A stretch of 64,000 nt of DNA from Nemertoderma westbladi (Eukaryota > Animalia > Xenacoelomorpha): positions 490 to 64,489 of the forward strand of contig JAUCBJ010006077.1 of NCBI GenBank assembly GCA_032718475.1, written 5' to 3'. Positions within the stretch are counted from its first letter, which is position 1. The number at the start of each line of letters is the position of its first letter. The position numbers and the translations under genes are program-made. This document shows positions 1 to 12,094 of the stretch, piece after piece. Under the pieces are notes generated by a model. The model made no database searches. It was not told the DNA's origin and saw nothing but the letters and a program-made list of their open reading frames with translations.

Positions 1-42
1 CTAGAGATTTGTGATATTTTCAAATTAAAAACATATCATAAT

Positions 43-1681
43 TAGGGATGTCCCGGAATCGATATTTTGATTCCGGCCGGAACCGGAATTCAACATGCCG
101 GAATATTCCGGCCGGAATTCCGGAACTTTCTATAATTAGTGAAATACACTAAATGACCCATGACACTTTATAAATTTTTTGTGAAACAAATGTTTTTTTT
201 ATTTTCTACAGCTAAGTTTGATAATGAGAGGAATCAGAACCTTGGCGGGAATTAAGGTGGGTGGAGTGGAGAATGGCCTGGGCCCTTATGGGGACGGGAT
301 GGTACTTCGGCATTGAACGACAGGGAATTCAATAAAAAAAATTTTTCTAAAATCTATAACTTTTTAGACTCATACCTAAAAACCCACGTTAACCAAAAAC
401 CTTTGGTTTCGCTTCATTAGGTCCTTTGGTGCAATATCCTGGTGTCTTTAAGGGAAAGGAGCATGTTACTGTGACATGTTATTCGAACCAAAACAATGAA
501 CGAGGCCAAATAGTACTTGTTACAGTTTAATTATTGCTGGGAATAAATAGATTTATGATAAGAAATAGCTTTATTGTAAATATAATTAAAACTAGTATAT
601 TATGCAGCACCTACGACGCACATTGGACGAGATAATACCAATCATAATATTATCTAAAAACGCCATTTTATAAACAAATTTTAAAAAGCAAATTGGAAAA
701 ACCACTATTTAAGGACCGTGCTCCACTGGTAAGTCTTATGTAGTCTTAGTCAGAATAAATTATGGAACACATTGGTTTCAATAGGGGCGTCTCCACTGGT
801 AAGTCGTAAGTTACGACCTATGAGTCGTAAGTGATTATGTCCCTTGTTCCATCTTTTGACATATGAATCATGTGTTATATCCGGCAAGAGGCCGGTGATT
901 GGTTACTTTGGGTATAAATATGCAGTAAATGTGAGACGCATCTTATATTTTTTATCAAATGACTTAAGACTCGTGTTACCTATTGAGCAAGGAGGCATTC
1001 ATTTTGACATTCTGACCAGTGGGGCACGGGCCTATTGATGCATTTCATTAGTTAATGTAAATTACGATGGTTTTTGTGAATTGTATAGGAATACTACAGT
1101 AGGTGGTGTAACATATGGTGGGACCATTTTAGTTTCATTACCAGGTGAATTGTTTTTGGAAATGTGTTACATATACCCATCAAGACTGCATTCACTTTAA
1201 TAAACTAAACAGGGTGGCTGTGAATTTTCCCTCGTTAGATAGGTTAGTTAGATTCCACCTTGGTGCATGGTAATAGTGGTTGCATTGATTTCCAATCTAT
1301 CTGGAGGTCGTGGGTTCGATCCCTCCATGTGGGCCAATGCAGTTTTATATTTAGCACGAATGGTTTGAAGGGGCTAACCATGGGGCATCTATGCCTTGCA
1401 TCCTTAAATGTTAGCTCTAACGGTCGAAGAAAACTTCATTTCTATACTTTTTTTACAAGTGTTGTACAGTATTTTAAACTAATTGGTAATAATGTTTAAA
1501 AAATATATAAATGTTGATAATAATTTAACAAACTAATTGCAACTATCAAACTAGTTAGGAACCTGGTAATTCCGGTAAAATTCCGGCCGGAATTGACCCC
1601 ATTCCGGCAATTCCGGCCGGAACCGGAATCGGGTAAAAACCGCCGGAATTCCGGCCGGAACGGAATTCCGGGACATCCCTA
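43..1681. mobile_element. Non-autonomous hAT (Ac-like) DNA transposon
   Basis: Perfect 17-bp TIRs TAGGGATGTCCCGGAAT / ATTCCGGGACATCCCTA; 8-bp TSD ATCATAAT at 35-42 and 1682-1689; CCGGAA(T) subterminal repeats at both ends; no transposase ORF. Confidence 0.9.
1250..1420 (+). mobile_element. tRNA-derived SINE fragment inside the hAT element
   Basis: A-box-like TGGTAATAGTGG, B-box GGTTCGATCC, then TGCCTTGCATCCTTAA; visibly homologous to the SINE at 60141-60395. Confidence 0.6.
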
Positions 1682-2331
1682 ATCATAATTATCTTGTATA
1701 ACATAAAATTCAAAATGAAGATTCTTTATCACAAATATGTTTTTACTATATAAATAACTTCTTTAATTTTTAACTATTTTTAATACTCCGTAGCTTAACA
1801 GAATAACAACACCAAAATAAAAACATTTAATAAACAAAGTAATCAAACAGATTTAACAATAACAAATAAGTAAATAAGTTTTTTCGGTACAAAATACTTA
1901 CCATTCGCGGTTAAATTAATTTAATCATCCCGTTAGATATCGTTAAATAAAATGAAATAACGAGTAACAGAATTAGAAAGTGTTATGTATTCCTTTCCTT
2001 TATAGCCTATTTGACCAATAACATAATTCCTGTATAATACCAAGGTAAGGCATGGATGCATATTGTCAACATTATGTAAATTACTCCCTTAATGAGTTTC
2101 TATTCTCAATTTCTCAATTAGATTTTCGATTGTTAACCAAAAATTAAGATAATGAAGCACTCTGTTGAAAGTGGTGCATGAAAAATGTGAGGGCATACTG
2201 AATTCGCCAATTAAAGTAGGGATGGTAAAATATCACTCCTTTCACATTTCATAGAGCAAACAGATACGGGAACATCACACAAGCATTAAAGCATCAGGTA
2301 AGCATTAAAGATTCGTATATAAATTGGTAAA

Positions 2332-2847
2332 CTAAGAAGTTATAATCGGTAGAATATGTCCTTCCGTGTTAAAAACCCATTTATTTAATGGAATAACAGA
2401 GTCATTGCTGAAGATAAGGTACAGGTACTTAAGTGTTTCTGCGAGGAAGAATGACTGCTGTACATCATCGTAGACAACATTGGCGACGTTGACATCTTCA
2501 ATTCCAGAGAAACCGCCCTCGACACGGCAATAACGTTCTATTGCCAATGCAACGTCCCAAGCCCATTCGCGGTATTTGGGCTGGTGAGTCAACCTCCACA
2601 TATAGAAGTAGGACTCTACCACTTCTGGCCGCAGTATATACTCTGGTTTCCCTATAAGAATCGTCCTGGCTTCACCGCCTCCGGTGAACCGGAAGGTTTC
2701 CGGTCCGAGTCCGGTCGAGGTTAGTGCGTACGATTTCCGACATGTGGCAGTGAGATTAGCTCCCAGTCGCAGGTAGCGCTCCGCATTGTCGGACCATCTG
2801 GCGCTAAGAGCTACCGTCCCCCCAATGAAACACGCAAGGTGCTCCAC
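2332..2847 (-). CDS. GH47 class I alpha-1,2-mannosidase, exon 2 (terminal)
   Basis: Acceptor cccag|GTG at 2848; motifs EHLACF, LRPEVVES, QQSFFLAETLKYLYL, FNTEGH; stop at 2332. Confidence 0.9.
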   Translation of the reverse strand: MEHLACFIGGTVALSARWSDNAERYLRLGANLTATCRKSYALTSTGLGPETFRFTGGGEARTILIGKPEYILRPEVVESYFYMWRLTHQPKYREWAWDVALAIERYCRVEGGFSGIEDVNVANVVYDDVQQSFFLAETLKYLYLIFSNDSVIPLNKWVFNTEGHILPIITS

Positions 2848-3470
2848 CTGGGTGATGTTGGATAGTTTGAAGTCACTTCTACATTAAAATGTACAATAAA
2901 TTTGGGCGAAAACAGCCACAACAAACTGTGAAATTAAAAAGAGCATCAAAAAATCCGTTTAAGAAGTTAGGTCATATAGGTGGGTAATTTTCATGTTTGA
3001 ATTGAGCAGGTTCCAGTTTGCAACTTTTTTCAGAGTTCATTTATTTGTGCTTGTTGTTTTTTCAAAGGTTACTATACATTAATGTAAAATATAACAGACT
3101 ACCACAAAATTAGTAAAAACAATAATCACTAATCAATCAGTCAATAACAACAACAAACGGAAAGCATTTTAAATAAGCAGCAATTAACAGCTACTTTAAT
3201 CACAGTCCCTTTTAGGTCCTAATGTTATTAATTAATGTAATTTAGAATAAAAATAACATTAAACGTGGAATTCGCTCGTTTTCCCATAAACCGATGGAAA
3301 AAGTTAGATTATTTTTTATCACCTTAAATTTGTTTTTTTCAGTTTTGAAATTTATTATTCCTTAAAAATTATTATTGCTCTTTTCGCTCCCTTTTCGGCT
3401 TATTTAAATCACCACAGTTGAAATAAGATAAGTTTCGAGATATGTGCATAATAATGAAATCAAACTATCC

Positions 3471-4526
3471 CTTATGGCCGATTCGATCACTATATATTTT
3501 TGCGAAGTAAGTCATTCCGCCTCGATCTTGCAACATCGCATTTTCCATGGCTTTCAGTGCATCAAAGTACATGTTCTTAGCTTGTAAGTCCCGATAACCA
3601 CTTTGCAACCATGACTTTATGAGATATTCGTAGAATGAGTCACAGTGAGACCCAATACTGACTTCCTGGGACGCAAAGTCTCCGCTATAAGGACTCAAAT
3701 AAGTCTTGTATAGGCCACTCGGTTTACGTAACTCCTCTAAGTGATCGCGTATCTTTTGAACCTTCTTGGAGTATATCGGATTGCCCGTTATCTCCGAGAG
3801 ATAGACAAACTCAAGATGCAATGATCCTACCGCTGCTAGACTAACGCTATAGTCACTATCGGGCCACAACGAGATCAGATAGTTTATCATTGAACCAAAT
3901 CGAGTATCTATACGACTTCTTGGCAAACCAGTGCTGGTATAGAAGGCGGGGAGAAGATTATCAGCAACTTCTACAGCTTTACTCATAAACACGGAGTCAC
4001 CAGTTAGAGCGTAAGCACCTAGAAGGCCTCCAACAAAGCGAATGTTCGTTTCAAACACGGAAACAGATCCATAGGTTTTGAAGCTGAACATTGTGGCGAC
4101 CCATTCTCTCGCCTGGTTAAACTCATCTGTCAGCCCCATTATGTACAAGGTGTCCAGACTATCGATTATAGTGCCTCCCAACCTGGCGGCACCAAACACA
4201 CCTACTACGTGGGGTTGCTTTGACACAGGTTGGACCTCATTAGCCCCCCAAGCATATTTCTTATAGCCTTCCCAAGCGTGGACCATCATCTCTTTAATCT
4301 TGTCTCGTCGCTCTATTTGGGCGTCAGCAATTACTTCCTCGCCATCTGGATTCCCAACCATAGGCTGCCGCTGAGGCTGGGTATTCCTCCTTTCCCCGTT
4401 GACATGAAGTGGATTTAATTGTTCGGATTTGTAACATAAAATAAACAAACCCAAAACTCCCATAATGCTGTACGCAAAGAACCTAAATTTCCGACGAATT
4501 CTAATTGCGGGTCGAGGAATCAACAT
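3471..4526 (-). CDS. GH47 class I alpha-1,2-mannosidase (Golgi MAN1A-like, type II membrane), exon 1
   Basis: ATG at 4526, basic tail plus hydrophobic anchor, HAWEGYKKYAWG, IIDSLDTL, SVFETNIRFVGGLL, DSFYEYLIK. Joined to exon 2 (GHK|VEHLAC) it gives ~523 aa, but the donor reads GG, not GT. Confidence 0.85.
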
Positions 4527-4624
4527 TTTCAGCAATACAATAATAGCAAGGTTAATAAGGAGTTCAGAGAAACGTTAGGTATATTTGTCGCGGTTAGGAG
4601 AAATCTAATCGAATTAAAATACCT

Positions 4625-5321
4625 CGTGGGTTGAGAGTGAAAACCGTCTATATCCAAATCCTAAAAAAATTTAGTGAATTTTATGAATGGATAGCTGAAT
4701 GCTTCACGTAGGCCTATCTACTGGACAGATAAAAATAGTACATTGGGTTTTTAGAAGGTATTATATTTGCCACCAATAAAATGCAAAAATCTTCGAACAT
4801 AGCACTGAATTTAAAAACCGTCTATATCCAAACACGAAACCCAGTAATGGATATAGACGGTTTTTAAAATTGGAATCCATTAGGCTGCCAGGTACCGGTA
4901 TACTAAACGAAAATAAACTTTCAGTTTCCAATTTTAGACTCAACTGCAACTACAATCGGTACCGGTACCAGATGTGCCCCTCATTAGATTAATCATGAGT
5001 CAGCCTAAATAATGTCCACATGGAATAACAGATAAACTTAAAAAGTATTCAGTTTACTAGTGGTATCTAAATAATGTAAGAATGAATACTGTACTGGTGG
5101 AGGAAAATCTGCCGTAGGCCTATTTATGTCTTTCAGTTCCTGACAGACTGGCAGACTGCATGCTTTGCAGACAACTGAATGGATATAGACGGTTTAAAAA
5201 TTATTTTTTAAATCGTCTATATCCATCTGGATATAGACGATTTTGGAATTGGAAGAGCCTTCACTTAATAGGCATATATCTCAGAATGGCTGATATAGAC
5301 GGTTTTTACTCTCAGCCCACG
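4625..5321. mobile_element. MITE / non-autonomous DNA transposon
   Basis: ~30-bp imperfect TIRs CGTGGG(T/C)TGAGAGT(G/A)AAAACCGTCTATATC; 3-bp flanking repeat CCT (4622-4624, 5322-5324); several internal AAACCGTCTATATCC copies in both orientations. Confidence 0.75.
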
Positions 5322-5715
5322 CCTTATGTATGATTTTTCTGTGACGGTAATGTCCGTACAACCTATTTAATTTAACCTGCCATTTTATTTCGACGCACAC
5401 GTCGTTTATATAAACCAGAAATACTTTATTAAGACTTCAACTATTATATATTTTGAGTCTTTCTTGTTTCTTATTTGATATCAATTTGAATTCTTAACTT
5501 AATTTTAGTTAGAACTAAATAAAGGCGATTTTTTTTATAGTGAGCTTACCGTCTTAAGTAAATCTACTAGTCTATAGTATTTTTTATTTTTATTCGTCAT
5601 GACAAATAACGAAAAATATTATTTTAGGTGCAATAAAATTAATGCAATTTTCTGTATTCTGTACAATGGGATTTCCACCCGAAATATGTTGGAATTAAAG
5701 TTGGCATTAATAGCG

Positions 5716-5878
5716 GGGTGCTGGCGTCTAATACCCCCAACCCTCTGCGTCGATATCGTATTTCTAGGGCCGCAACGTTTCTTCAGCCAAATTGTTTGCA
5801 TTCAATACGAATATTGTAATTTCATTATAGCAAATCAACTCACGGGTCGTAGTTTAGTGGGATTGTTAACGCAATAGT
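5716..5878. repeat. ~165-bp direct repeat, copy 1
   Basis: Near-identical to 11066-11246 (GGGTGCTGGCGTCTAATACCCC...GTTAACGCAATAGT). Confidence 0.85.
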
Positions 5879-6084
5879 GAGTATAATATGAATATTACAT
5901 AAAAAAATAATTTAATTAACGCATTTGAAAAATTTTTTTGTGAATTACTAATATTAATATTGACAGTAATGACAAGTTGTAGTGTGAAACGTTTTAGTGT
6001 GGAAAAGGACAATAAATCATAAATTAAATTCCCGTTAGAAATAATGGTATATAACCATAGCACTTTATATTATAGCATACTTAT

Positions 6085-9000
6085 ACAATTTCATTTATTT
6101 CAACGCAACACTAATACAATATAAGTATTATGGTTGGAGATACAGTATACGTCACCAATATTGATTTCACCATTAATAACGACTATGCACACGCACAGTA
6201 TGAATCATGACATGTTCCATAGATCTAGTAAACCACACAAACCACTGGTTTACGGGGCGGCGACAACGTACTGCAATGGTGTTTATGTTCTACAACATGG
6301 ATTAACAAGCCACATACTGTATAACAATATATTATACCTACAGATATTAATAAACAGCACTGGAGAATAACTAGAGTGATGGATAATTTGTAATAACAAT
6401 AACTGAGAAGCCAATTGCGGGGGTTATTACACAGTTCCATTTTTGATTAGTGTTTATTATTATACAGTACTATGCTATGTTTACATATTTGTTCATGTTC
6501 ACATGTTTTGTTATCGTTTGTACATCGTATCATATTTACCTCGTTTTTATCTTAATTATTATTACCTATGATAAATTTTGACCGAGATTTGAACGCATAG
6601 AATAAGAATAGTGCTAATTTCCTTGTGATTGCCTGAGAGTTATTTGATAGCAGAAGCTTGAATTTGTGGGGATTGGGTCGTTGATGGTACCAATTGTCGA
6701 TGTACTTGGTACGGAGTTCCGAATATTTTGGACAAACGAGTGCAAAGTGCAGTTCGTCTTCTATTTGGTTCAGGTTACATAGTTCGCAAATTCTTTCAGT
6801 TCGCGGAACCCTACGCCACCGCCCGGCCTCAATTTGCAAGTCGTGTGATGAACAACGGAATTTAGCTAGAATGTGTCGGAGTCGCGGTGAGTCCTTTAGG
6901 CTGTCCAGATACGGTTCGGTTTCAAAGCTCCTTTTGCTATATAACTGTCCTTTAGGGGATCCGGCCAGAGCTCACCACCATCCTTGCACAAATTGGTCTT
7001 TGATAATTTTTTTTACTTTGAACAAAAACTGGCGTTCTGAATTTATCGCTTGGTCTTGCCACACCCAGGATAAACCCAGACTGTTTATGAGGTCCCTTGT
7101 AAATGACACCCAGTTAACCACTGAGTTGTCGTTCAGTACATCCTGATAAAGAAGATTGTACGTTTGTTTTAGTAACCGGTTATCTGGCAACTTTATTATG
7201 CGCGTCCAAAATTTTACAATGTAAAATTTTCGACGCAAGGCTAAAGGTACCGCGCCACTTTCCCCGTATACCATAAAATTTGGTGTACTGCGCTTTATTC
7301 CTAAAACCCTTTTAATGAATCCCAAATGGACACGTTCGGCAGCCGGTGCCATGTGAAAGCCCCACACCTCTGATCCGTACATAAGTATAGGTAATATTAA
7401 ACATTCGAATAGTCTGTATCGCAATTCGAATGTAACATTTGTGAATCTTTGTCTTTGCCAAATTTACCTCGAGAGACCAGTAATCCGCAAACGAACCCAA
7501 TGTGTCCAAAGATGTCTGCAGTTTTGTTGCGCTATTTGCCATGAGAATGACGTCATCAGCGTATAATAGGAGGAACAATTGTAGATGACCTACATGTAGA
7601 CCCTCAAACCCAACAACTACCAATTCCGCCTCCAAGTCGTTCAAGAATAGAGAGAAGAGAAGGGGGGATAAAGCATCCCTTTGCATTACCCCTACAAGTA
7701 CATCGAACTGATCGGAATAATTACTGTTCCACCTAACCCGAGCATTAGCTGCGCTGTAAATGCTCTTTACGATTCCGAAGATTTTTCCTCCAAAGCCTAA
7801 ACTACCAAGTTTTATCCAAGGAGCCTTGTGGTTAACGCTATCGAACGCACGACGGAAGTCAACGAAAGCGCAGTATAATTTATTCCCAGATTGTTTTGTG
7901 AAGTTGGAAATAAGACCATGGAGAATAAGAATGTGATCAGTCGCTCCGTAACCTGTTCTGAACCCACCTTGGGCTTCCGATCTAGCACCTGTGCAATCGG
8001 CCCACCATGTCAGTCTTGCGTTTATAATTCCTGTGAAAAGTTTACCAACACAACTCAGAAGCGAAATTCCTCGGTAATTACTCGAATCTAGCCTGTCTCC
8101 CTTGTTCTTATATATCGGGATAATTAGTGCGGTCGCCCATGCCTCCGGAAAATATTCTACATAAAGCACTGCATTGAATAATACAGTCAAGGTGGGGGTT
8201 AACTGCTCTTCACCTTCCATTAAGAATTCATTAATTAGTAAATCTATACCTGCTGCCTTACCCCGCTTTAGTCTATGGATAGCTAATTTGACTTCCTCTT
8301 CAGTGAATGGTTGGGATATATATGATTCTAGGATGGATTTACTTTCTTGTACATTGATATTAACTCTAGGTGGTATTCCCATATCTTCAAAGTTGTTTGT
8401 GTTGCTGCTACTTAAGTCACTGTAATATTTATAAAACTCTTCAACACTGGGGGATACCGTATTAGCGCTACCTTTACCACTGGCGTTTGCTAGTAGTTTC
8501 CAGAATTTTTTTGTTTCGTAAACCCTAGATTTTTCAAGTAGCTGTGATTGGTCCTTTTTGTAACTAATGCGTGCTTGCCTCAATGACTTCCGATACGTGT
8601 TGCGTGCAGAGGTCATTGCCCTATGAGATTCCTCGTTCCTAGTGCGCTTCCAGTTTGTCACGGCTGTTTGAAATAGACATCTGTTATTTCGACAATCGTC
8701 ATTGTACCACGGGTGAGATACTCTAGATGAATCATTTGTAGCGCTCAGTTTGTTAGCGGACGCAAAATATTTGTCAGCCACCCCTGATAAACTATCACAT
8801 AATTTTTCTGCCGCACAGTCGATATCGTTTTTCTCTATTTTGCCGCAAGTAACTAAATCAAAAATGGATACCATCTGGAAATCAGATCGCTCCAGGCACC
8901 TGAAGACTAAGTTCTTTCGAGCCACAGTGGAAAGTGTATTTTTATATGGGGGTGAGACCTGGACACTGACTAAATCACTTGAACAACGAATTGATGGTTG

Positions 9001-10985
9001 CTACACAAGACTACTAAGGGCAGCCCTAAACATCAGCTGGAGACAACACATGACAAACGCCGAGCTTTATGGTACAATACCACCTGTATCAACCACCCTC
9101 CGTGAACGCAGATTAAGATTCAGTGGGCACTGCTGGCGAAGTAAAGACGAGGTCATACCAGATCTACTTTTCTGGCAACCAACTCATGGAAAGCGTAGTC
9201 GTGGACGACCGGCCATAACATATATAGATCAAATATATAGATCATATATAGATATTGAAAGGGATACTGAACTTAGGAGAAACGAAATAGCGACAACTAT
9301 GGAGAATCGAGAAGCCTGGAAGGATCTCATTTCCACTGTCCGAGTTCGCTCGACCTAGTAGTAGTAGTAACTAAATCAATCACATCGTCTAACTTAGCCT
9401 GGAATTCAGGTGAAGCTAAGTCTTGTTTAAATTTGGACGAATATTATTCTTTCCAGAACCTTGAGTATCAGACTGGTTAGTTCTGGGTGAAGTTTGTAGC
9501 TGCGATATAGTGTTACCTGTCATAGTCATTTTCAAAACACTGTGTTTGGTAAACTCATTTGGGTCGTTTACTGTAAAAGAGCTGCATCGCTTGATAATGT
9601 CCAAATCCAATGGTGGATTTGCCGATCCCTTTTCCAGTTGAATAATATGTAAATTTTCCAAACCCTTTATCCTCACCTGCCCTTCCATTAAATATACGCA
9701 AGCCGGTTGCCTTACATAGTTCTAGTAACCTTTTACCATGGGGATTTATAACAGTATCCATATTGGATCTTGGTACACTACATTCCCCCCACATATCCGG
9801 TTGAATGTCGTCGTCAAAAGAGTAATCCGGGGGAAGTAGGTCGTCCAACATAGACCCGCTTACGTCATTTTCAATATAATCTGGTTCTGATGATGTTCTA
9901 GAATTTAAGTCACCAAAAATGATTACATCATTAGAACGTTGGTATGCACCCACACCCTCTTCGATCAGATCAAAAATTACAATCGAATCGTTAGAGTACT
10001 GAGTGCTTCCTTGTGGTGGTATGTAGGCCGCGCACAAAATAATATCTTTGTCTAGGTCTAATTTTGCTTTATCAAGTTTAACCCATATCATGTCGTCATT
10101 TCCGAATTCTTGCAACAGAGAGACGGCGCCGTCGTAAATATCTTTGTAAAATAAAGTAACGCCCCCACTAAATCTATTTGCCCTAGGATGTTTCCTTTTT
10201 CTAGTGGTTGAAAGGGTGGAGTACCCGTATAGATTAATATCTAACTTACTTAAAGGGCTCAGCCATGTCTCGGTTGTGATAACAAATTCACATTGTTTGA
10301 TTATGTTGCAAAAATTTGGATCAGTAAGTTTCAGAGTTAACCCTTCAACATTTAACAACCAAACACTATATTACTAAAACAGCTTACAGTAGGTTTGTAG
10401 TTGGGTTTGTCATCATTCCGGTTTCGTTTACCTAACATGCAGTCTGGTCTGGTGGGTTGGGAGGGTATGGCGGTTGTCTAACCGAATTCCCTTGTTGAGT
10501 CATGGGGGTCTGTTCATAGTCCGTTGAGACAGGCTGGTGCTCGCCTGTTCCGTGTCTGGGTGTGTCTATTATTCCACGACGGCCCGATGGACCTATAGAA
10601 TGAGACCTAGTATTGTACTGAGACCTAGATGTTTGTAAACCTTTACCCTTGGGGTTTCCAATTTTCTCTACAACATTTTCTAGACTTGTTGTTCGTTGTT
10701 GTTTAGTTTTGGGTCTACCTCTTGGGTGACCGTTTGATTGTTTGGGGGCGGGTGGATTCGCAAGGGGGGTTGGCGGCATTACTGCCGGGATAGTCTCAGG
10801 CAACTTATAAATATTAGCAATATTTTCATTTGCATTATTACTCTGACTCGCGGCGGGCAAATATGCCTGGTTAGATAGGACGTTAGAGCGAACGCTATTC
10901 ACGTTTGTAACGGTTGCTAAGGGTTGTTGGTTACTGGGAATTCTGGAATCACCTGTGTTAGCAACCCCCGCTTGAGTGGCAGATA
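6085..10985 (-). mobile_element. Degenerate non-LTR retrotransposon (APE-RT-CCHC; RTE-X-like, clade tentative), 5'-truncated within ORF1
   Basis: Pro-rich ORF1 tail 10432-10902. APE motifs NVEGL, TETWL, YIPP, GDLNSR (9555-10358). RT motifs NYRGISLLS, FVDFRRAFDSV, LSPLLF, LLYADD (7312-8860). ILMYGSEVWG and C-terminal CELC..H..C knuckle (6552-6839). Several frameshifts; AATAAA near 6095; ends approximate. Confidence 0.85.
8862..9365 (+). mobile_element. 5'-truncated RTE-clade LINE nested in the larger LINE
   Basis: RTE C-terminus (FLYGGETWTL, RRLRFSGHCWR, RGRP), (TAG)n tail, 14-bp TSD AGTAACTAAATCAA at 8848-8861 and 9366-9379. Confidence 0.9.
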
Positions 10986-11065
10986 AAATACTACTTGTAT
11001 TATGATGACGGTCTACAGTAGAATGATTAAAATTAAAATTATGTTGCGCCGCCCCTTGAATGGCA

Positions 11066-11246
11066 GGGTGCTGGCGTCTAATACCCCCCCCCCCCCCCCC
11101 CCCCCCACCCTCTGCGTCGATATCGTATTTCTAGGGCCGCAACGTTTCTTCTGCCAAATTCTCTGCGTTCAATACGAATATTGTAATTTCATTATAGCAA
11201 ATCAACTCACGGAGTCGTAGTTTAGTGGGATTGTTAACGCAATAGT
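11066..11246. repeat. ~165-bp direct repeat, copy 2 (expanded poly-C)
   Basis: Matches 5716-5878. Confidence 0.85.
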
Positions 11247-11357
11247 AATTGACTGCAGTTTGGCTCAGGTTGTGTAAATAATTGATGTGGGGCAAGTAAG
11301 AACTACGAGCCATCAGCGAACTTTTAGAATTATACTATGGCCGTTTTCCAAAAGTCT

Positions 11358-11680
11358 GGGTGTGTGGCTGGGTGGGAGGGGGTGTGTGGCGGGGTGGGAG
11401 GGGGTGTGTGGCGGGGTGGGAGGGGGGTGTGTGGCGGGGTGGGAGGGGGTGTGTGGCGGGGTGGGAGGGGTGTGTGTGGCGGGGTGGGAGGGTGGTGTGT
11501 GGGCGGGGTGGGAGGGGGTGTGTGGCGGGGTGGGAGGGGGTGTGTGGCGGGGTGGGAGGGGGTGTGTGGCGGGGTGGGAGGGGTGTGTGTGGCGGGGTGG
11601 GAGGGGGTGTGGTGGCGGGGTGGGAGGGGGTGTCGGGGTGGGAGGGGGTGTGGGCGGGGTGGGAGGCGGGGTGGGAGGGG
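11358..11680 (+). repeat. G-rich ~22-bp minisatellite (GGCGGGGTGGGAGGGGGTGTGT)
   Basis: About 14 visible units with multiple G3-G5 runs. Confidence 0.9.
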
Positions 11681-12094
11681 CATATATTTTCAATGTGTAT
11701 GAAAATGATGTGCGAAAAAATATCGGCCTATGTACGACAAAATATAGGCTATAGCAAAAACGTCGTTTTTATGAATAAAAATATATTTTCTGAATTTAGT
11801 AACTTTTCTAAATTAAAATTATTTTAGAGTTTCTTAGTCTATATTATCTATAATAGGTAATATTATTTTTTAAATTTCCCGTTAAGTTCCCCTAAGTGTT
11901 TTCCCGACAAAAATTTACTAACCAACTTAAAATCATTCCGTACTGGAATCTCACCGGTACTGATGTCGTTTGTTAGAGTCTCTTCATTTCATAACCCTAT
12001 TCTTCTCCATTTGAGACTTCACTCTTCGTGACAATTCCTTGGCCTGATGAGAATGCATTCTAATGCGAGACTAGACCTACAGGTTAGCTTTCAC

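Noticed and set aside
3465-4535. ORF-track starts and ends for spliced genes (TTG/GTG starts, read-through into introns)
   Set aside because: Eukaryotic genes; boundaries were reassigned to ATG and splice sites
5716-11246. LTR retrotransposon
   Set aside because: Internal domains are APE plus non-LTR RT; no integrase, protease, TG..CA ends or PBS/PPT
11287-11827. Pro/His- or Gly-rich extensin-like ORFs
   Set aside because: Open in nearly all frames because the G-rich repeat lacks stop codons
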